NCBI GenBank assembly: GCA_012295275.1
Contig: CM022672.1
Coordinates: 13,020,001 to 13,084,000, forward strand
Direction of reading: 5' to 3'
Length of the DNA stretch: 64,000 bases
Source of the DNA: Chrysomallon squamiferum
Lineage: Eukaryota > Animalia > Mollusca
Position 1 is the stretch's first letter. Every line of letters starts with the position of its first letter. The notes under the pieces are model-generated. The model worked only from the letters and a program-made list of their open reading frames with translations. It was not told where the DNA came from and made no database searches. Both the position numbers and the translations under genes were made by a program. Below, one piece after another: positions 1 to 25,014 of the stretch.

Positions 1-10
1 TATTTTTCAG

Positions 11-692
11 TGTATGCCTGGTCTTGGAACAAAAGTGTTATATCAGTTGCTATATGAACCACCAACCAAAATCATGTTGTTGTCTGGTTGCAGCATAGTT
101 TCCACATTTGTTGCCCAGGCTGCCAAAATGTGGAATTTAGTTGTGGTGAGATATGTGTATTTTATTAAATATTGATTTTATATACATTTTTTAAATTAAG
201 AATTTCATCAACCTTTTTACATTATTTATTTATTTTCGATATGAACATTTTCTTTCTCAAAAATATTATATTATCATCAGCAGAACTGATATTTGAATTA
301 TTTAAAAGATGTTTTTAAATGTAGTTTGCATTATAATTAAAATAAATAATAATGGTAACTAAATAATCACAATATATATTTTTTAACTGTAATATTTTTG
401 CTACTAACAGAATATTATAATATATTTCATTATGAAATGTGTTATATTTCAGCTTGCTTATGGATCTAGCTCACCAGCTCTGTCAAACAGAGAACGATTC
501 CCTACATTTTTCAGAACTCATCCATCAGCAACTCTTCATAATCCAATAAGAGTCAAAGTTCTCAAACGATTTCACTGGACTCGAATTGCAACCATCCATG
601 AAACAGAGGAACTCTTTTCATCTGTACGATTTCTCAGCCATTATTTCTTTATAACTTGGAAAAATGTTACATCTGCACATCTACACATGGAC

Positions 693-759
<67 letters not shown>

Positions 760-2553
760 TACACATATACATATACATATACATACACACAAACACACAG
801 ATGCACACACTTACACACACAGAGAACATATACAATTAACACAAGTTATATATAAATTATGAGAAAGTACATTTTTATAGTTCATAGCTTTGATGGAAAT
901 TTACATTTAGGTGTAAAAAATAATTATGGAAACATTTTTACATCATTTAAAAAAAAATATATTGTGGAACATTTACAGCTAAAAGATTACTTCAGTTAAC
1001 TTAATAGTATATTAATTACATAATATTTTCTGATTGTGATTATGATAATTTTTATAAATATGCTTATAATCACAGCAATTCCCTTTATGTATTTGTATTC
1101 AGTTTAAATGTCAAATTAAATGTAAATTTGTTACTCAAATAGGAGCATTTAATTTTTTCTTAATATTTAATTAACCTCCATCAATGATTAAAATATAATT
1201 CTATAACATTTTTACTTGGAATTATAATACCTGTTTTTAAAACTCAAAATAATTGTAAACATGCCCAGATTTTCATTTATATATAAAAATAACATTAGTA
1301 AATATTATGTATATATTGTACATATTATGCGTGGTACAAGAACTCTGTAAATATATTGATTTACAGACAATAGAAGATCTTGAAACCAGAGTGAAATCAG
1401 CAGGGATTGAGATAGCTATAAGACAAAGTTTTCTCCGAGATCCAGCCAATGCTGTCAGGACTCTGAAGGTAACTTCTGTAATAATGTCAATAGTTCTAAC
1501 ATGTTTATAAAATGAATTCTTCAGTGCTGGTTTTTTTATTATTTTTTTTTTCATCCCTGATGGAAATAGTTAATGCTTGTTTTTTGTCTTGACTAATTGT
1601 CACAAAGCATGTTTTTGTTTAACCTTTTTTCCTTATTGTGGAAATGAACACATAAATAATTCTCTATATTAGTCTGAATGTTCCTTATAAAAAAATGTTG
1701 CTTTGTCCTGTTTAATCATTGTAATTACTGTATGTATGTATGTATGTATTTATTTATATTAATATTATTATTATTATTATTATTATTTTTATTTTTCAGA
1801 AACAGGATGCTCGTATTATTGTTGGTGTATTTTATGAAGATATGGCAAGAAGAGTTTTCTGCCAGGTGATTGTTTTGCTTCAAAATACATTTACAAAAAC
1901 ATTACATATCTTTGCTTATATTTTAAGTTTTAACAAAGGTCGTTTTAATATTTTATTAAAATAATTTTAAACAACATTACTATTTTAAATACATTTAAAT
2001 TTTAAATTAATGTGTCTATGTACATGTTTTTTGATTAATTTTTCAATTAATGTTTACATATATTTTTTTTTATTAATTTTTAAATTAATATGTATATTCA
2101 TTTTTTAAATTAATTATTATTTTCATTCAGGTTTATAAAGAGAAGTTGTATGGAAAGAAGTATGTGTGGTTCATTATAGGCTGGTACCCTGACAACTGGT
2201 ACAAAGTCTCCGATGACAGCATTGACTGCACAGTGGAGCAGATGGAGGAGGCTCTAGAGGGACACTTCACAACTGAGGCTGTCATTTTACACCAAGAACC
2301 CACAGTCACTGATGTTGGCATGGTATGGAACATTGTATAGATATATATTTTTCTTATGTATTGTTTTTATTTATACAGTTTTCTTTTTTAATATACTGTT
2401 ATTATTATTATTATTTGTTTCTTTGTTTGGTATGCTTTCATTTGGTTTGTTTTCTTTTTTTTATTGTTCTTGATTTATTTGATTTGATTTTTTTTTTTAA
2501 TTTCTTTTTATTGTTATTTTCTTTGTTGTAAAGATGTATATATATATATATTG

Positions 2554-2618
<65 letters not shown>

Positions 2619-5600
2619 AAGATGTATATATATATATATTGTTTAATGAATGTCTTTAAATATCTTTACTGTTAACAGTTATTATATAACTTAAACAAAA
2701 CAATAGGATATACTTATTATTTTGATCTACATAAAATTTCATGTCTTCTAACAAGTATACAGCATTTATATAGGATGTTTGTTAATATGATGAGAAATAC
2801 AATTTCATTTTTTTAAGAGTGTACTCTTCTCTGCTTCCAGAATCATCGGGTACAGATTTATTTATATAAAATGGATCTAAATATGTATCTCCGTAAATAT
2901 ACAAGATTTTTGGTAATAAATTATCAATCTTAATGCAGTGCTTTTTAAACTGGTAAATGAAACCTCTGATGGTGAATGACACAGAAATAGTTTAAGAAGC
3001 GCTGTTGTAATGAATAAACATTTGTTTCAGACTGCCAAGCAGTTCACAGCCAGGTTGAATGACATGTTAAATGTAACTAAAGAGGAGACTAACAAGATTG
3101 GAGGCTACCCAGAAGCTCCTCTTGCTTATGATGCTGTGTGGGCTCTTGCTCTAGCACTGAACAGAACAGCAACCAGGTACTACTAGCAGCCTTTTTCACT
3201 AATTAAAACCATAAATCCAAACTCTTTTAGAGTTATTTTTCTCTCTAACTGAAGAAATACACACATTTAACAGAAAGTAGCCGAGTAGTATTGGTGTTTT
3301 TTGTTTTGTTTTTCACTAAATAAAACAATAAATAAAAAATAATACATGCTCTATTATTCTTAAAATTATCTGAATAATAATACACATTTGAAGAATTATA
3401 TACATTGACAGAACAGAAACTTGGTATTGCTGGGGCTTTTCACTAAGTAAAACAATAAATAAAAAAAGGTGCTTACTGTTTTAGAATTAAATGTCTGTCT
3501 AACTGAAGAAAGATATTACTGTTTTTATACTAAATACAAATAATTTTAAAATCCAAATAAATATATTCTGTTTTACTACGTGAATAAATATTAAAATAAA
3601 AAAATACAATTTTATAAAGACACAGTTTGCTCTCATATATATTTTCCTAATAGAAAATATATCTTGTTATTCATTCTGTTTATCATGTCTGAAGCATATT
3701 ATATATGAATAACTGTATTTTTAATGTTATTTTTTTACAGACTTGCTGAAAAAGGTGTGCATTTAGAAGATTTTGATTATTACAACAAGGATATTACTTC
3801 TGAAATTTATTCTGCAATGAATATTACCAAATTTTTAGGAGTTTCTGTAAGTTAAGATTTTTTGTTTTATTATGAGTTAATGAATTTTTTTTTTTAATTA
3901 ATATTTGAATAGGTAATTTTTCAGTTCCACGTTTACATAAAAATTAATATATAAATGTAAATAATACTTTTTAATAGTCACAATTTATTAAAAGTTACTT
4001 TTTTTATATGTAGAATCTATAATCTATAATCTCTAGTTCTTGTAAATTATTCTTTAATAAAAAATTTATTAAATTTATAAAACTTGAGAAACACAGTTTT
4101 AAATTATTATCCTTATTTAATTTTTTATTTTTGTGGATTTTTTAATATTATCATAAATGTATAAATTATTTCATCTTCACTATGATAATTATTTACATAT
4201 ATTTCTTATTAAACAGCTAGTAAAGTTAATTAAAAATAATGTTTTATCTGTTTTATAAATCTGCAGGGAAATGTTGCATTTTCATCACAAGGAGATCGAA
4301 TTGCATGGACTCAAGTAGAACAGTTTATAAGTAATCAGCTTTTTATCAGTTTTTGTTTATAATAATATGATTTTGTGTAAATAAATGACCTGAATTTTAT
4401 AAGAAAACTTATCTCAATGTAAAAGTTATATTTCATTAATAATAATAATTTTTTATTTCAAGATGGAACATACCACAAGCTTGGATATTATGATGCTATG
4501 GCAGACAACCTAACCTGGTTCGGAAAGGAAAAATGGATTGGTAAGTTTTTCAGAATATTTTAATAAAATATTTAATGTATAATTAGATGTGAGATTTTGA
4601 GAGAAAGTGGCTTAATTTATTTTTAATATTTGTTTAATATTTGTATTTATGTCTCAGTGTTACTGAAGATCCATGAATATTTGTATGAAAACCAATAATC
4701 TGTTTTTATTTTAAAAAATAACTTTTTATGCATTGTTTCATGAATAATTAGTAATTTCAATACATTTTAATACCAACAGGTATCATGGGTCAGTCGTATG
4801 GATGTTTTGTAAATAACATGTTCCCAATCCTCCATTGTTTTATATTACCAACAATGTTCCGTATAACAGTAAGGAATACTTTATACACTGCTTTCTGTTG
4901 ACAGAGCAGCACATACCCTTTGCCTTTGACAAAATAGTTATGTGACATACAGATCCTGTTAAACATTACACCTATTCCAGAGCCCTTACCAATGAGTTTG
5001 TGAATTTTTAACTTCAGTATTGTAATGGATTTAACTTCACTTTATTTTCAGGTGGAAAACCTCCGCCCGATCGAACTCGTGTCATTGATCATCTCCGAGT
5101 TGTCTCAAAACTTCTCTATTTTGCTATGTGCGGGCTCGCAGCACTTGGAATATTTGCTGGTGTTGTCTGTCTAATCTTTAACTATGTCAACAGAAACAGA
5201 CGGTAAGTGGTGACTGTGTTCAGTAATTTACTTATTTTATTAATCATGTTAAGGTTTATATGTTAGTCAGTTTGTTTGTAGACTGGGATTTTAATGATTT
5301 AATATAAATTAAAGGACTTATTTGAGTTTAATTTAAACATTAGTTTTGTAAAGGATTTTAGAAATAAATTTATCAATAAAATAATAAAGTAGTAAGTATA
5401 ATGGCATGTGTTGAATATTATTGTCAATAACCTTTATATCCTGTTGTCTTTATTACCAGATACAAAATTACTCAAAGCTTTGTTGTTAGTGTATTTTATA
5501 GCATTTTTAGTTAAATATGAATAATTGTAGAAATTTATTAAATATTTCGTAGTTTAAGCTTTTCTTTATTTTTTTGTCTTTTTATCATTTTTGCTTTTAG

Positions 5601-8600
5601 GGTAAAATATAATGTAAAATATTTTATAAAATATAATTAAACATAAAATAAATATAATGAAGGATCTTTGTTTCAGAATAAAGAAAATCTTATAATTTAA
5701 TAATTTTGTTACATTATTTTTAGTTCTGTTTATCTGTGAAATGTTACTTTTTAAAACTATTTTCAGTTGTGTTGCTCTGTCCCAGCCTAACATAAACAGT
5801 CTAACTGTGTGTGGATGCATGCTGTGTCTGATGTGTATATTTCTGCTAGGACTGGACGGAAAGTTTGTGTCTCACACCACATACCCAATTGTCTGCCAGG
5901 TAGATCAGATACTGTGTCATTATTACTGCAAACAATTTTATATCATATATTTTATATATCTATTAAAATGTTTACTGTTTATGTCATTTATGTATTGATG
6001 GCAGTTTTAATTATTACTATTATTATCCAATATTTATATTATGCGAGCTTATGGTCACATGTTTGAAGCCAATATGAAAACTTGACATCTGCACTGAATA
6101 TGTTTTTTAATGATGTTGACAAAAGTTATCCACTATATTATAAAGCTATGTCTTCATTTATTTTTTTAAATCATTTGATGACTTATTTCTTGTTTATTTC
6201 AACAGGTCCGAGCTTGGCTGCTTTCAATAGGATTCACTCTAGGCTATGGGAGCATGTTCTCAAAGATTTGGACTGTCCATCAGTTGACCACAACACGTAA
6301 GAAGGACAGGAAGGTAATTATATTCTGATCAAGTATAATATTTATTAAAGTTAATTAGTTTTTCTGTAACAGCTAATAATTAAAAACCTCCAAACATCAT
6401 ATCCCGTTCCAGCCATTGCTCCATATTGATTTAGTAAAGCCATCATACGTATGTTTCTCAAAGATAAAGATAGCCCACATGGTGTCTGGGATGTTTTCTT
6501 TCCAGTAATATGATTAACTTAAAAACTTACCAGTATTAATATTTTTAAACAAAATGTTGAAGTAAAGCAAATATTAATTTATTTGGTACATTTATTCTCT
6601 TTTAGAAATTTTTCAGATTTGAAGGTAATTTATTTTTATCAGTTATACAGTGTTATTTTAAAAATAAAATTATTTTCAGACTGTAGAAAGCTGGGAACTG
6701 TACATTGTTCTTGTGATTCTGCTGCTGCTGGATATTGGAGTTCTTACTGCCTGGCAAATCCTTGACCCACTGCAGAGAAAACTGGACTACTTTAGTCTGG
6801 AAGACCCCACAGACACAGATGAAGATATTCAGTACAAACCACAGCTTGAGCAATGTGACTCAGAAAATCTTACTGTCTGGCTAGGTAGGTAGTTTTATCA
6901 TAAGTATTAAAGTGAATTGTTAAATACCAGTATATATACCCATTTGTCCATCAAATGTAGGACAGGTGATGACCTTGGTTTCTGGATAAAGGCTTAATAT
7001 ATATATTAAAATATAAAATAAACAACGACAAAATAAAGATTTAATTTAATTCTATGTGGATATTTTTCACTTTGACTTTATATATTTTGCAATACATATT
7101 TATACAGTGTTTTGTTAAAAACATCTTTTGTTTGAAATATTTAATGTATCCCAGTTAAAACAGTTTTCTGCTAATTCTGGTTTCCAGAAGTCAGATAAAT
7201 GGTCTGGTATATCTATTAATTATTTAGTTATTCTCAAAAAATAACTCCATTTATTAGTTTCATTTTATTTTTAAAAAATGTTTGACTTTTATTAATTCTG
7301 TTAGTATTAAATAACAAAAACAACTTGCTAAGCACTTTACTGCATTAACTCCTTAAATATATTAAATGCCTACAAAAAACACCTAATGAATGGTTTGTTT
7401 TGTCCTTCACTACAGGAGTATTGTTTGGTTACAAGGGCATCTTGCTTATCTTTGGTATTTTCCTGGCTTATGAGACAAGAAGTGTTAAACTGAAACAAGT
7501 GAACGACTCAAGATTTGTTGGCATGAGCATTTATAATGTTGTGGTAAGCTTAAAATTAATTATTTTTATTTATTTTTTCATAACATGTCCTGCATTTACA
7601 TCTGATAATATATATGTCTGTTTAGTCTATATATGATATAGTGAAGAGATATTTGTAAACATTCCAACACATTTCCTCAACCTTTGCAGTATCAGCATAT
7701 GATTTTATCATGTATATATATATATATATGATTTTATCATATATATATATATATATATATAATTGGTCTATATGTTATACCAAATGTATATTTGTATATA
7801 ATTATATTTGTGTAAATAAATAATAGAGATTTATGGGAGGGGGCTTAAGTTCAAAGCTACGTTAAGAAGAAAGAAAGAACTTAATGGGGAAAAAATCATT
7901 GCATTATAATTGTTTAATAATGACTAAAGCTGAAGACTAAAACTGAAAAAGAAAAAAGGTCAGTTAAATAAAAGAGATATATGAAATAAACTTGTTGATT
8001 TATGACTAAATAATATTTCTTGTTCTAATCTGACCAGGTCCTATGTGTGATCACTGCTCCTATAAGTTTGATTATAAGTCATCAAGAAGATGCTACATTT
8101 GCTTTCTGCAGTTTGGCCATTGTGTTGTGCAGTTTTCTCTCAATGGGGCTCATTTTTGCACCAAAGGTATTCATTATAAAACAACAAACAGAGAAACTGA
8201 AATCTGAACATGATTTAAATGTTGTTAGCTAAAGGTTTATCAGGAAGAGCAAGCATATGTGTGCATTCATATATGTTTGCTTGTGTGTGTGTATGTATGT
8301 TTGTGTGCTTGGGTATATGTGTGTGTGTTTGTGTTGGTATGAATCTATATGTGTGCATATATCAGTGTATGAGTGATTAGCCTTGTGATCTTTAATTTTC
8401 TTTTCACAAATTTGAGCTATCATTCTACAAAAATGACAACATCAAAAGCAGTACTACAGCATCATTATGACTATGAAATTAAAGCTATTTTCTAATTAAT
8501 CAGATGATTGAGATTGCACGGAATCCACAAAGAAATGGACAGGAGGTCAGATCACTGACTGACTCTCTTGTAAGTCGAGAGGAAGAAGAACGCCACCAGA

Positions 8601-9453
8601 GACTTCTGGGAGAAAATGAACAACTGAAGAAACAAATTGCTGAGGTAATTTTTATTAAGTTGTACCATCAAACTCAATAACAGTGCTCCCCTCCAAATAA
8701 GAAGTGATTATTTATCATTGTTTTTTTTAACAGAAATTAAACAATTTCAGTAAATATCTTAATAATTGTTTTCAGCAGTTTATGATAATAATTAAGCTAA
8801 CCTTACAAAGATTTGTATGTAGATAACCAACTGTCAGCCTCTGATTTTATGCAATTAACTGACGATATTATTATCTTAAATAGTAAATAATTCCATATGG
8901 ATGTTATCTGATAGATAATAGAATATTCTTTAATCTTGTGCCAATACATATCAGTTATTTGGTAAAATAAATGGTTCCTAGTTGGGCAAGTATCATCACA
9001 AACTACATTATTTCATGTTATAGACCAGTATAAAAATGAATGAAGTTGAGTGGATAAAGTTTGCTTTTATATTTCCAAATGTACATATTTTCAAGATTCT
9101 AATCAGTTTTCATCAAGGAACTATCTTTAATATTTCTAAAACATTAAATGTTTTAGATGGAAGACAGAGTTCGAGAATTAAATCTCCGTGTGCAGGAAAA
9201 GACACAACAGCGAGCTCAACAAACACAAGGAGTTGGAAGCTGCCAGACTGCAAACAAGGTTACCGTGGATACTGGGGAAGTGGAGATGGAGGAGGATGCC
9301 CCTCCTTCCCCTGATGAGCAGTCTCACTTCCACATGATAAAACCAGAAGATGTAGGAATAGCAGCTGATCCTAACTCAGATTCTGGTCTGGCTAGTGGGT
9401 CGTTTGCCAAAAGCTCCAAAACATCAGCTTCTGATTCAGAACCTTTCTGTTAA
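11..9453 (+). CDS. GABBR1: GABA-B receptor subunit 1 (class C GPCR), 5'-partial; 17 coding exons in window
   Basis: GT-AG exons: 11-145, 453-623, 1367-1468, 1800-1865, 2131-2322, 3031-3176, 3741-3846, 4267-4330, 4463-4540, 5052-5202, 5767-5899, 6206-6313, 6680-6884, 7416-7543, 8038-8166, 8504-8644, 9157-9453. Total 2352 nt, all phases consistent (783 aa plus stop). Venus-flytrap motifs [67 protein letters not shown]. 7TM motifs [44 protein letters not shown]. Coiled coil [21 protein letters not shown]. The GABA-contact residues typical of B1 (not B2) are present. Confidence 0.96.
691..820. repeat. (CATACA)n microsatellite
   Basis: Directly visible hexamer array in a GABBR1 intron. Confidence 0.9.
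2529..2646. repeat. (TA)n with duplicated TAAAGATG(TA)nTTGTTTAAT flank
   Basis: Directly visible. Confidence 0.85.
3161..3545 (+). repeat. Degenerate 110-140-bp tandem triplication starting at the GABBR1 exon-6 end and donor
   Basis: ACAGAACAGCAACCAG|GTAC (3161) is echoed by ACAGAACAGAAACTTGGTAT (3408). TTCACTAA.TAAAAC.ATAAAT occurs three times and TCTAACTGAAGAAA occurs at 3244 and 3498. Confidence 0.65.
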
Positions 9454-11870
9454 TTAAATACATTTTTTTACTCAACAAATTCCATTCAATTTTTACCTAT
9501 AATGTTTTTAAAATTGTTATAAAAACTGTTAGTTTGCTGAATAATATGAATACTACTTATATATTTTATTTATAAGATGGCTTTTAACTATGAAATATTT
9601 TCATCCTAAATTAATTTATAAGTCTTTTTAATTTTCTGCTTGTTCAAATAACCATTGAAATTGAAACTGATTTAGTTCAGTTTTTGGAAAGTCTGTCAAA
9701 TGTAAAAACAAGTTACATATTATGAATATTACCAATAAAAATTTATATTGCTGATTTTTATATTGATGAGAAAATGAAGAAAATCATGTAAATCCAAATA
9801 TTTTATAATGACATGCATAAGTTTGTTGTGCTTTAATTGATTTTGTTGTTTTTTACAAGGTTGATTTGAAATTATTCAGAATTTCTGATCTCAGATATTT
9901 TCTTGATAATAATTTTAAAAGTTTACTGGTGCTTTTCTTCTTTGTTTTAATCTGATATCAAGTGGAATATATCTTGCTTTAATTATTGTTTTATAAATAG
10001 TTTTTATATTAATGTAGCAAAGCTTTTTATAATGACATTTAATGCTCTTATGATCATAGTTTGAATATGCTTGATCAAGAGTTCCTGTGACAATTTGTAA
10101 ATCAATTAAATTTGATTTCTGTTTAATCAAAAATAATAAAATCATATCAAATTAGATATTTGTTTTAAAAAAAAAATCAAGAATAAAAAGTTTAATTATA
10201 ATTATATTAAAAATATTATATAAAATAGTTCCAAAAATATTATTGTTTATAAATGACATACATTTAAAAGTGCAATATTTATGTTGATGTCATTGTAACC
10301 ATTTTAATATTGTACTTTTAATATATAATTATTTTTTTTCTTCTTTTTTTCATATATTTTATGACAATGTGCAATATTTTTTTTATTTAGTTTTTAATAA
10401 AATTGTTATACCTATATAGAAGTTTAGTGCTAAGATTTTTATTCTTTTTACTGTTAAAAGTTTTATAATTTTTTTTTATAATAATCTTTTATTTGGATGT
10501 AGAATGTAGATCCTTAAAGGACAAGAAAAATGATGAATAGAGCAGATACTGTTTTTCTTATATATTTAATTAAATTGATTTCAGTGTTATATTTTTCTAC
10601 AAATCGAGTTTATTTCCAAAATGTCAAATGTTATTCAATCGGTAGTTATAAAATTATTTGTATATTTTGTCTTTATTTTTTAAGCTGAATGATCTTGATT
10701 TTGAATTGTAAAGGTCAGATTTGTATTTCATTTATGTCTATTTTATTTCAGTATTTGTTGTTCTGTTGAAAATGTTATGTTTATTTTTTGAAATAAACAT
10801 TACTTTTTGAAAAAGGCTTTGTTTTTATTTGTATGAATTCTTTTTATACTAATTATCTATTGCTAAACAAAATCAATTCTTCTGACTAGATTCACTTCAA
10901 ATTAAAGACCATGTTTTCAGAAATGTTTAATTATTTTCTATTCTACAAAAAACTAAAATGAAATAGATTATACAGTTTACAACAAATTGGCTCTTACTTG
11001 CAGTTAATACTATATATTAATTTAGCAGTTTCATTTGCTTTAGATTCATTTGAATCATGTTCATATAATTATATGACAAGAAACATGCATAACATTTTTT
11101 TTTAATTTTTTTTAAAAAAATGTTCTGTTAAGTAGTATAGTATATTTACTTTTATCTTTGAATTATCTTACACATACCAATGGATGTACCAAAACAGGAG
11201 ATGATATTCTAAGTGATTTGTACATGATGTTATTAACAGGATCACTGGTAATGGTGTGGTGGGACGTACATACTCACACTCTCTTGTTTCTTTTTTATTT
11301 TTAAAGAATAAATTAATAAGTTAATCTTTAAAAAAAATTAAAATATAAAAAAAAAATTAAATTAAAATTAAAATAATGTATTTATTCATTTTATCTAAAT
11401 TTCAAAAAAAAAAAAAAAATGTAAGAAAATGTATTATTATTATTATTATTATTATTTGCATTATTATTTGCATTTGCATTCAGCAAGATAACAGTTGATC
11501 AATCAAAAATGTTTTTAAACTTTGGTGATTTGAACAAATAATCTGAATTTGTTTGCTTTCTTTCTTTCTTATTGGTAAACTTAAAACAATGCAGCAGTAA
11601 CTTATGAGTTTTTAGTGATTTAATATTTATTTTGGGATAAAATAAACGTGCTGTTGCCTTGCACAAATAAAAATAATTAAGGTCAGAAGCCTTTTGAGTT
11701 AGATACCTGAAAAGGTTTTAACCAATAATAACTCGTGTTACAAAAATAGTCTAGTCCAATTGACTGGATTCAGGTCGTATGGTTATTATATTAACACCTT
11801 GCGTCTCATTAGGCGCATCATTTTGGTACATTTTGGTAAAATTGTTTTCCAACATGGAATTGATAAGAAA

Positions 11871-21694
<9,824 letters not shown>

Positions 21695-23078
21695 GACCAC
21701 CAAACATTCCTGCATCCCATGACGCTCACAAAAATTAATCTGACTTGAACAACAACAAAAAATGTATAATTTTAAAAATAAAGATTTAAAAAACGAAATT
21801 ATTAATTAAAAAAAAAAAGCTTTTGATAATTAATCATCCATCAATAAACTTGTTATTATGAGTATAGTTTCATATAAAAAAATACACCTCTAGCAGTTTA
21901 AGTTAAAAAAATTCTTTATATTTTCAGTTTATAATTTCTAAATTTGGACAACCTTTCAAGGTTCATAACAAACTGATAGTGTCAGAAAAGCCATTTTGCC
22001 CCCATCACAACTGGAGTTGCGATACCTTTATGTACATAGAGTATCAATGACTACTTTTTTGACATCACTGGAAAAAACTTCTAAGCAAATCAGTTCACCA
22101 TAAAAAAAACAAAAAATTGGCAGTGCCAGATATTTTTAAACTGTACTGTTATGCTTTGGTATTAAGATTGGAAGGCAAAAAACATAACTTGAAAGTCTGC
22201 AGAATATATTTAGAACACTGGTCTTATCACAAATGATCCACTTTAACTTGAAATTACAAGTCTAAGTCTGTAAGTGGATGCTTTGATGACATAAAAACTA
22301 ATAATTATGTAGTATAAAATCACAGCAACAAATCTTCTGAAAACGTATGTTCAGTATTTAAATGTCTCTGCATCTGTTTTGTTTTTGCCATTTGAGATTC
22401 CGTAAATGTTTTGTCTATGATGTTAAACCACATTTTTTTAATTTTTTTTTTTTTTTTTATGAACTGGCTTAGCTTTCAGTGGTTAATGTTTTCTATGCAT
22501 GGTAAAAATAAAACGCAGCAAAATAAGTTAACAAAGTGAATATTTTTTCTATATATATAGTTACTGTCAACAATGATGATGGTGTATTTAGAATTTTGTG
22601 CTATATACATTTACGTTCTCACATTTAAAATATATATTTATATTAATGGATTAAAGTATTGATATGTTCTTTTTTCAATGTATATTTTATTATTATTTTA
22701 TTTTTTGTGTTGTTTTATTTATTAATGTATTCTTTTATTTTTTTATTTTTTCATCTTAAAGTTTCTTCAATATTCAGTTAATGAAATCACATCACTAGCT
22801 GTTTTTCACTAAAAATAATTATTCATCTTTTTTATTGACATATCATTGGCATATTCACTTATCAGGCGTGGACATTCACATCGTCTATGTGCACCTAAAT
22901 GTTTCTATTTTTTTTATTTTATTTTTTTTTGTCATTTTTCTTTCAAAGCTAATAACAGTTTATCTTAATGGTGGTTTGGTGGAGGTGAATGTTGGGTTTA
23001 TAATTCTTAGATCAAGAGAAAACATTTCTTAAAACCTTAAACATATTGATCTAAGTAGAAATGACATTTTAATTATTC

Positions 23079-23109
<31 letters not shown>

Positions 23110-23539
23110 CCATACAAACTGAATTTCTGATCTGTTGAAATCTAGCAGCAATACAATTTTTATCCTTTTAAACTTATAAACTTTTTAGAAATAGACTAAA
23201 AATGTGTAAATAAGGCGGTCTTCTCTATGTGTTCCTGGTAGTAGAAGCTTTTGTATTTTTTTGAGTGATAGATGTTTTTAGTCATTTAGTTATTTTACAG
23301 TAGAAATCATACTGAGCATCTATCTACCATTGAGAACATATTCTCCCTTTCAGACATCTTGATCCAGCCTGGTCTGTTTATCATTTATTTTGCTCTCCTG
23401 GTGAAAATTCACTTTGCTTCAAGGGTCAGATGATGTACCATCTTGTTTCAGAAGGTGTAATGATCTTGATCCTGTTAAAAACATGAATGTGATGATAAAA
23501 AATTTGATTAAATGTTTTCTTTAAATTTTTATTATTTTG

Positions 23540-23587
<48 letters not shown>

Positions 23588-24983
23588 GGATTTTTCAGCA
23601 AATGCTCAGAATCCTTCATAAATGCTTACATTAAATTCTTATTTATTTTTTTTTTTTTTTTTTTTTTTTTGTTATTATTTATAATGTTTGGTTTTGGTTT
23701 TGTTTTGTATGTATGTACATGTATGGTAAAATGATTTATTTATTTATTTAATTTTCAATCCCATTCTGCAATGGATATCCTTATTTTCAAATATGACATG
23801 CTTAAACCAGAATTATTTTATTAGATCAGCACCAATACAACTAGTCACACAATAATATTTCTTCTAATTAAAGGATGACATGCATCACAGCAGTCTTTAC
23901 TAAAGATCAGGAGTGTTAAAAGCTGCAAGAGATTCGCATTCTCACTGTTGATACAGATCAGACAAGAGCAAGTAACAACTTGAGGCTCTTTTTTTTTCTT
24001 CCTTTTTTTTTTTAATCCTGTATCGATCAGCAACGTCTGCTGTTGTCTTCAGAGGTCATTTAAGTTTCAGAACCCTAGAGCACAGGTTTATAATTGATTA
24101 TCTGGCATTTGGCGATCAGCAGATCATTGTCTTCGTTTTTTTGTTGTTTTTTTTTTTGCAATATCGTCAAATATGCTGTGTATATAAACTGTTTATAATT
24201 ATTTATCATGTTCTCTGAAATTGGTTTATACGTCATTTATTAATAATAAATATTTCTTTTATCATTAATTCTGTTGTTTTACTTTTTCTTTTCGTTTATA
24301 TTACTTCATTTATTCCTTTTTTTAAATTTTATTTTCCTTTTTTTTTTTTTTTTTTTTTTTTTTTGTAGCTGATTAGACGTGTGGCCTATCAGATTACTAC
24401 ATTTTTAATTGTATGACTGGCTCTGTAGAATTATTTTTTCAGAAACACGTATATAGACATTGAAAGAAACACATTCGGTCCATTAGCAGTAGAATAGACA
24501 TAATGATATTTAAAAAAACAGATAATTAAAAAAAAAACAAAAAAAAAAAACATTTAATGTTTCATATCAAACTGACGAGCTTTAATCGTGATCTCCATTC
24601 TGTTAACGTCCTTGACCTTAAACGCACATAAATATTTTTGACGTCATTTTCATATTGGCTCGGCGAGTACATTAATTTTAGACTTACAGCTTAAATCAAC
24701 ATATCTTCAGTAATTTCCGTCAGTACACCATAATTGGTTTTCTCCCGGTGATAAACACATTTAAATATTAACAATGTAAAATGTAGAAATGGTGAAGACA
24801 GTAGTTCGCTAAGTTTCATGTCGCTTCTAAATGGCCAACACATCACATTAAAAATGTAGGTACATATTTATTTGATTTATTCTCTACAGCAGTAATCTGT
24901 TTAGAAGCAGGAGTTACTTGCGACTAAATAATGAAAAACGGCCATTTGGTTTATTTATTTATTTATATATAGCTTTTATATTA

Positions 24984-25014
<31 letters not shown>

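Noticed and set aside
641-862. ORFs with HI/HT/YT/MC dipeptide repeats
   Set aside because: Translations of the (CATACA)n intronic microsatellite.
2786-2970. ATGATGA...CTGA as a C/D snoRNA
   Set aside because: Too long, no terminal stem or recognisable rRNA guide, and the motifs are expected by chance.
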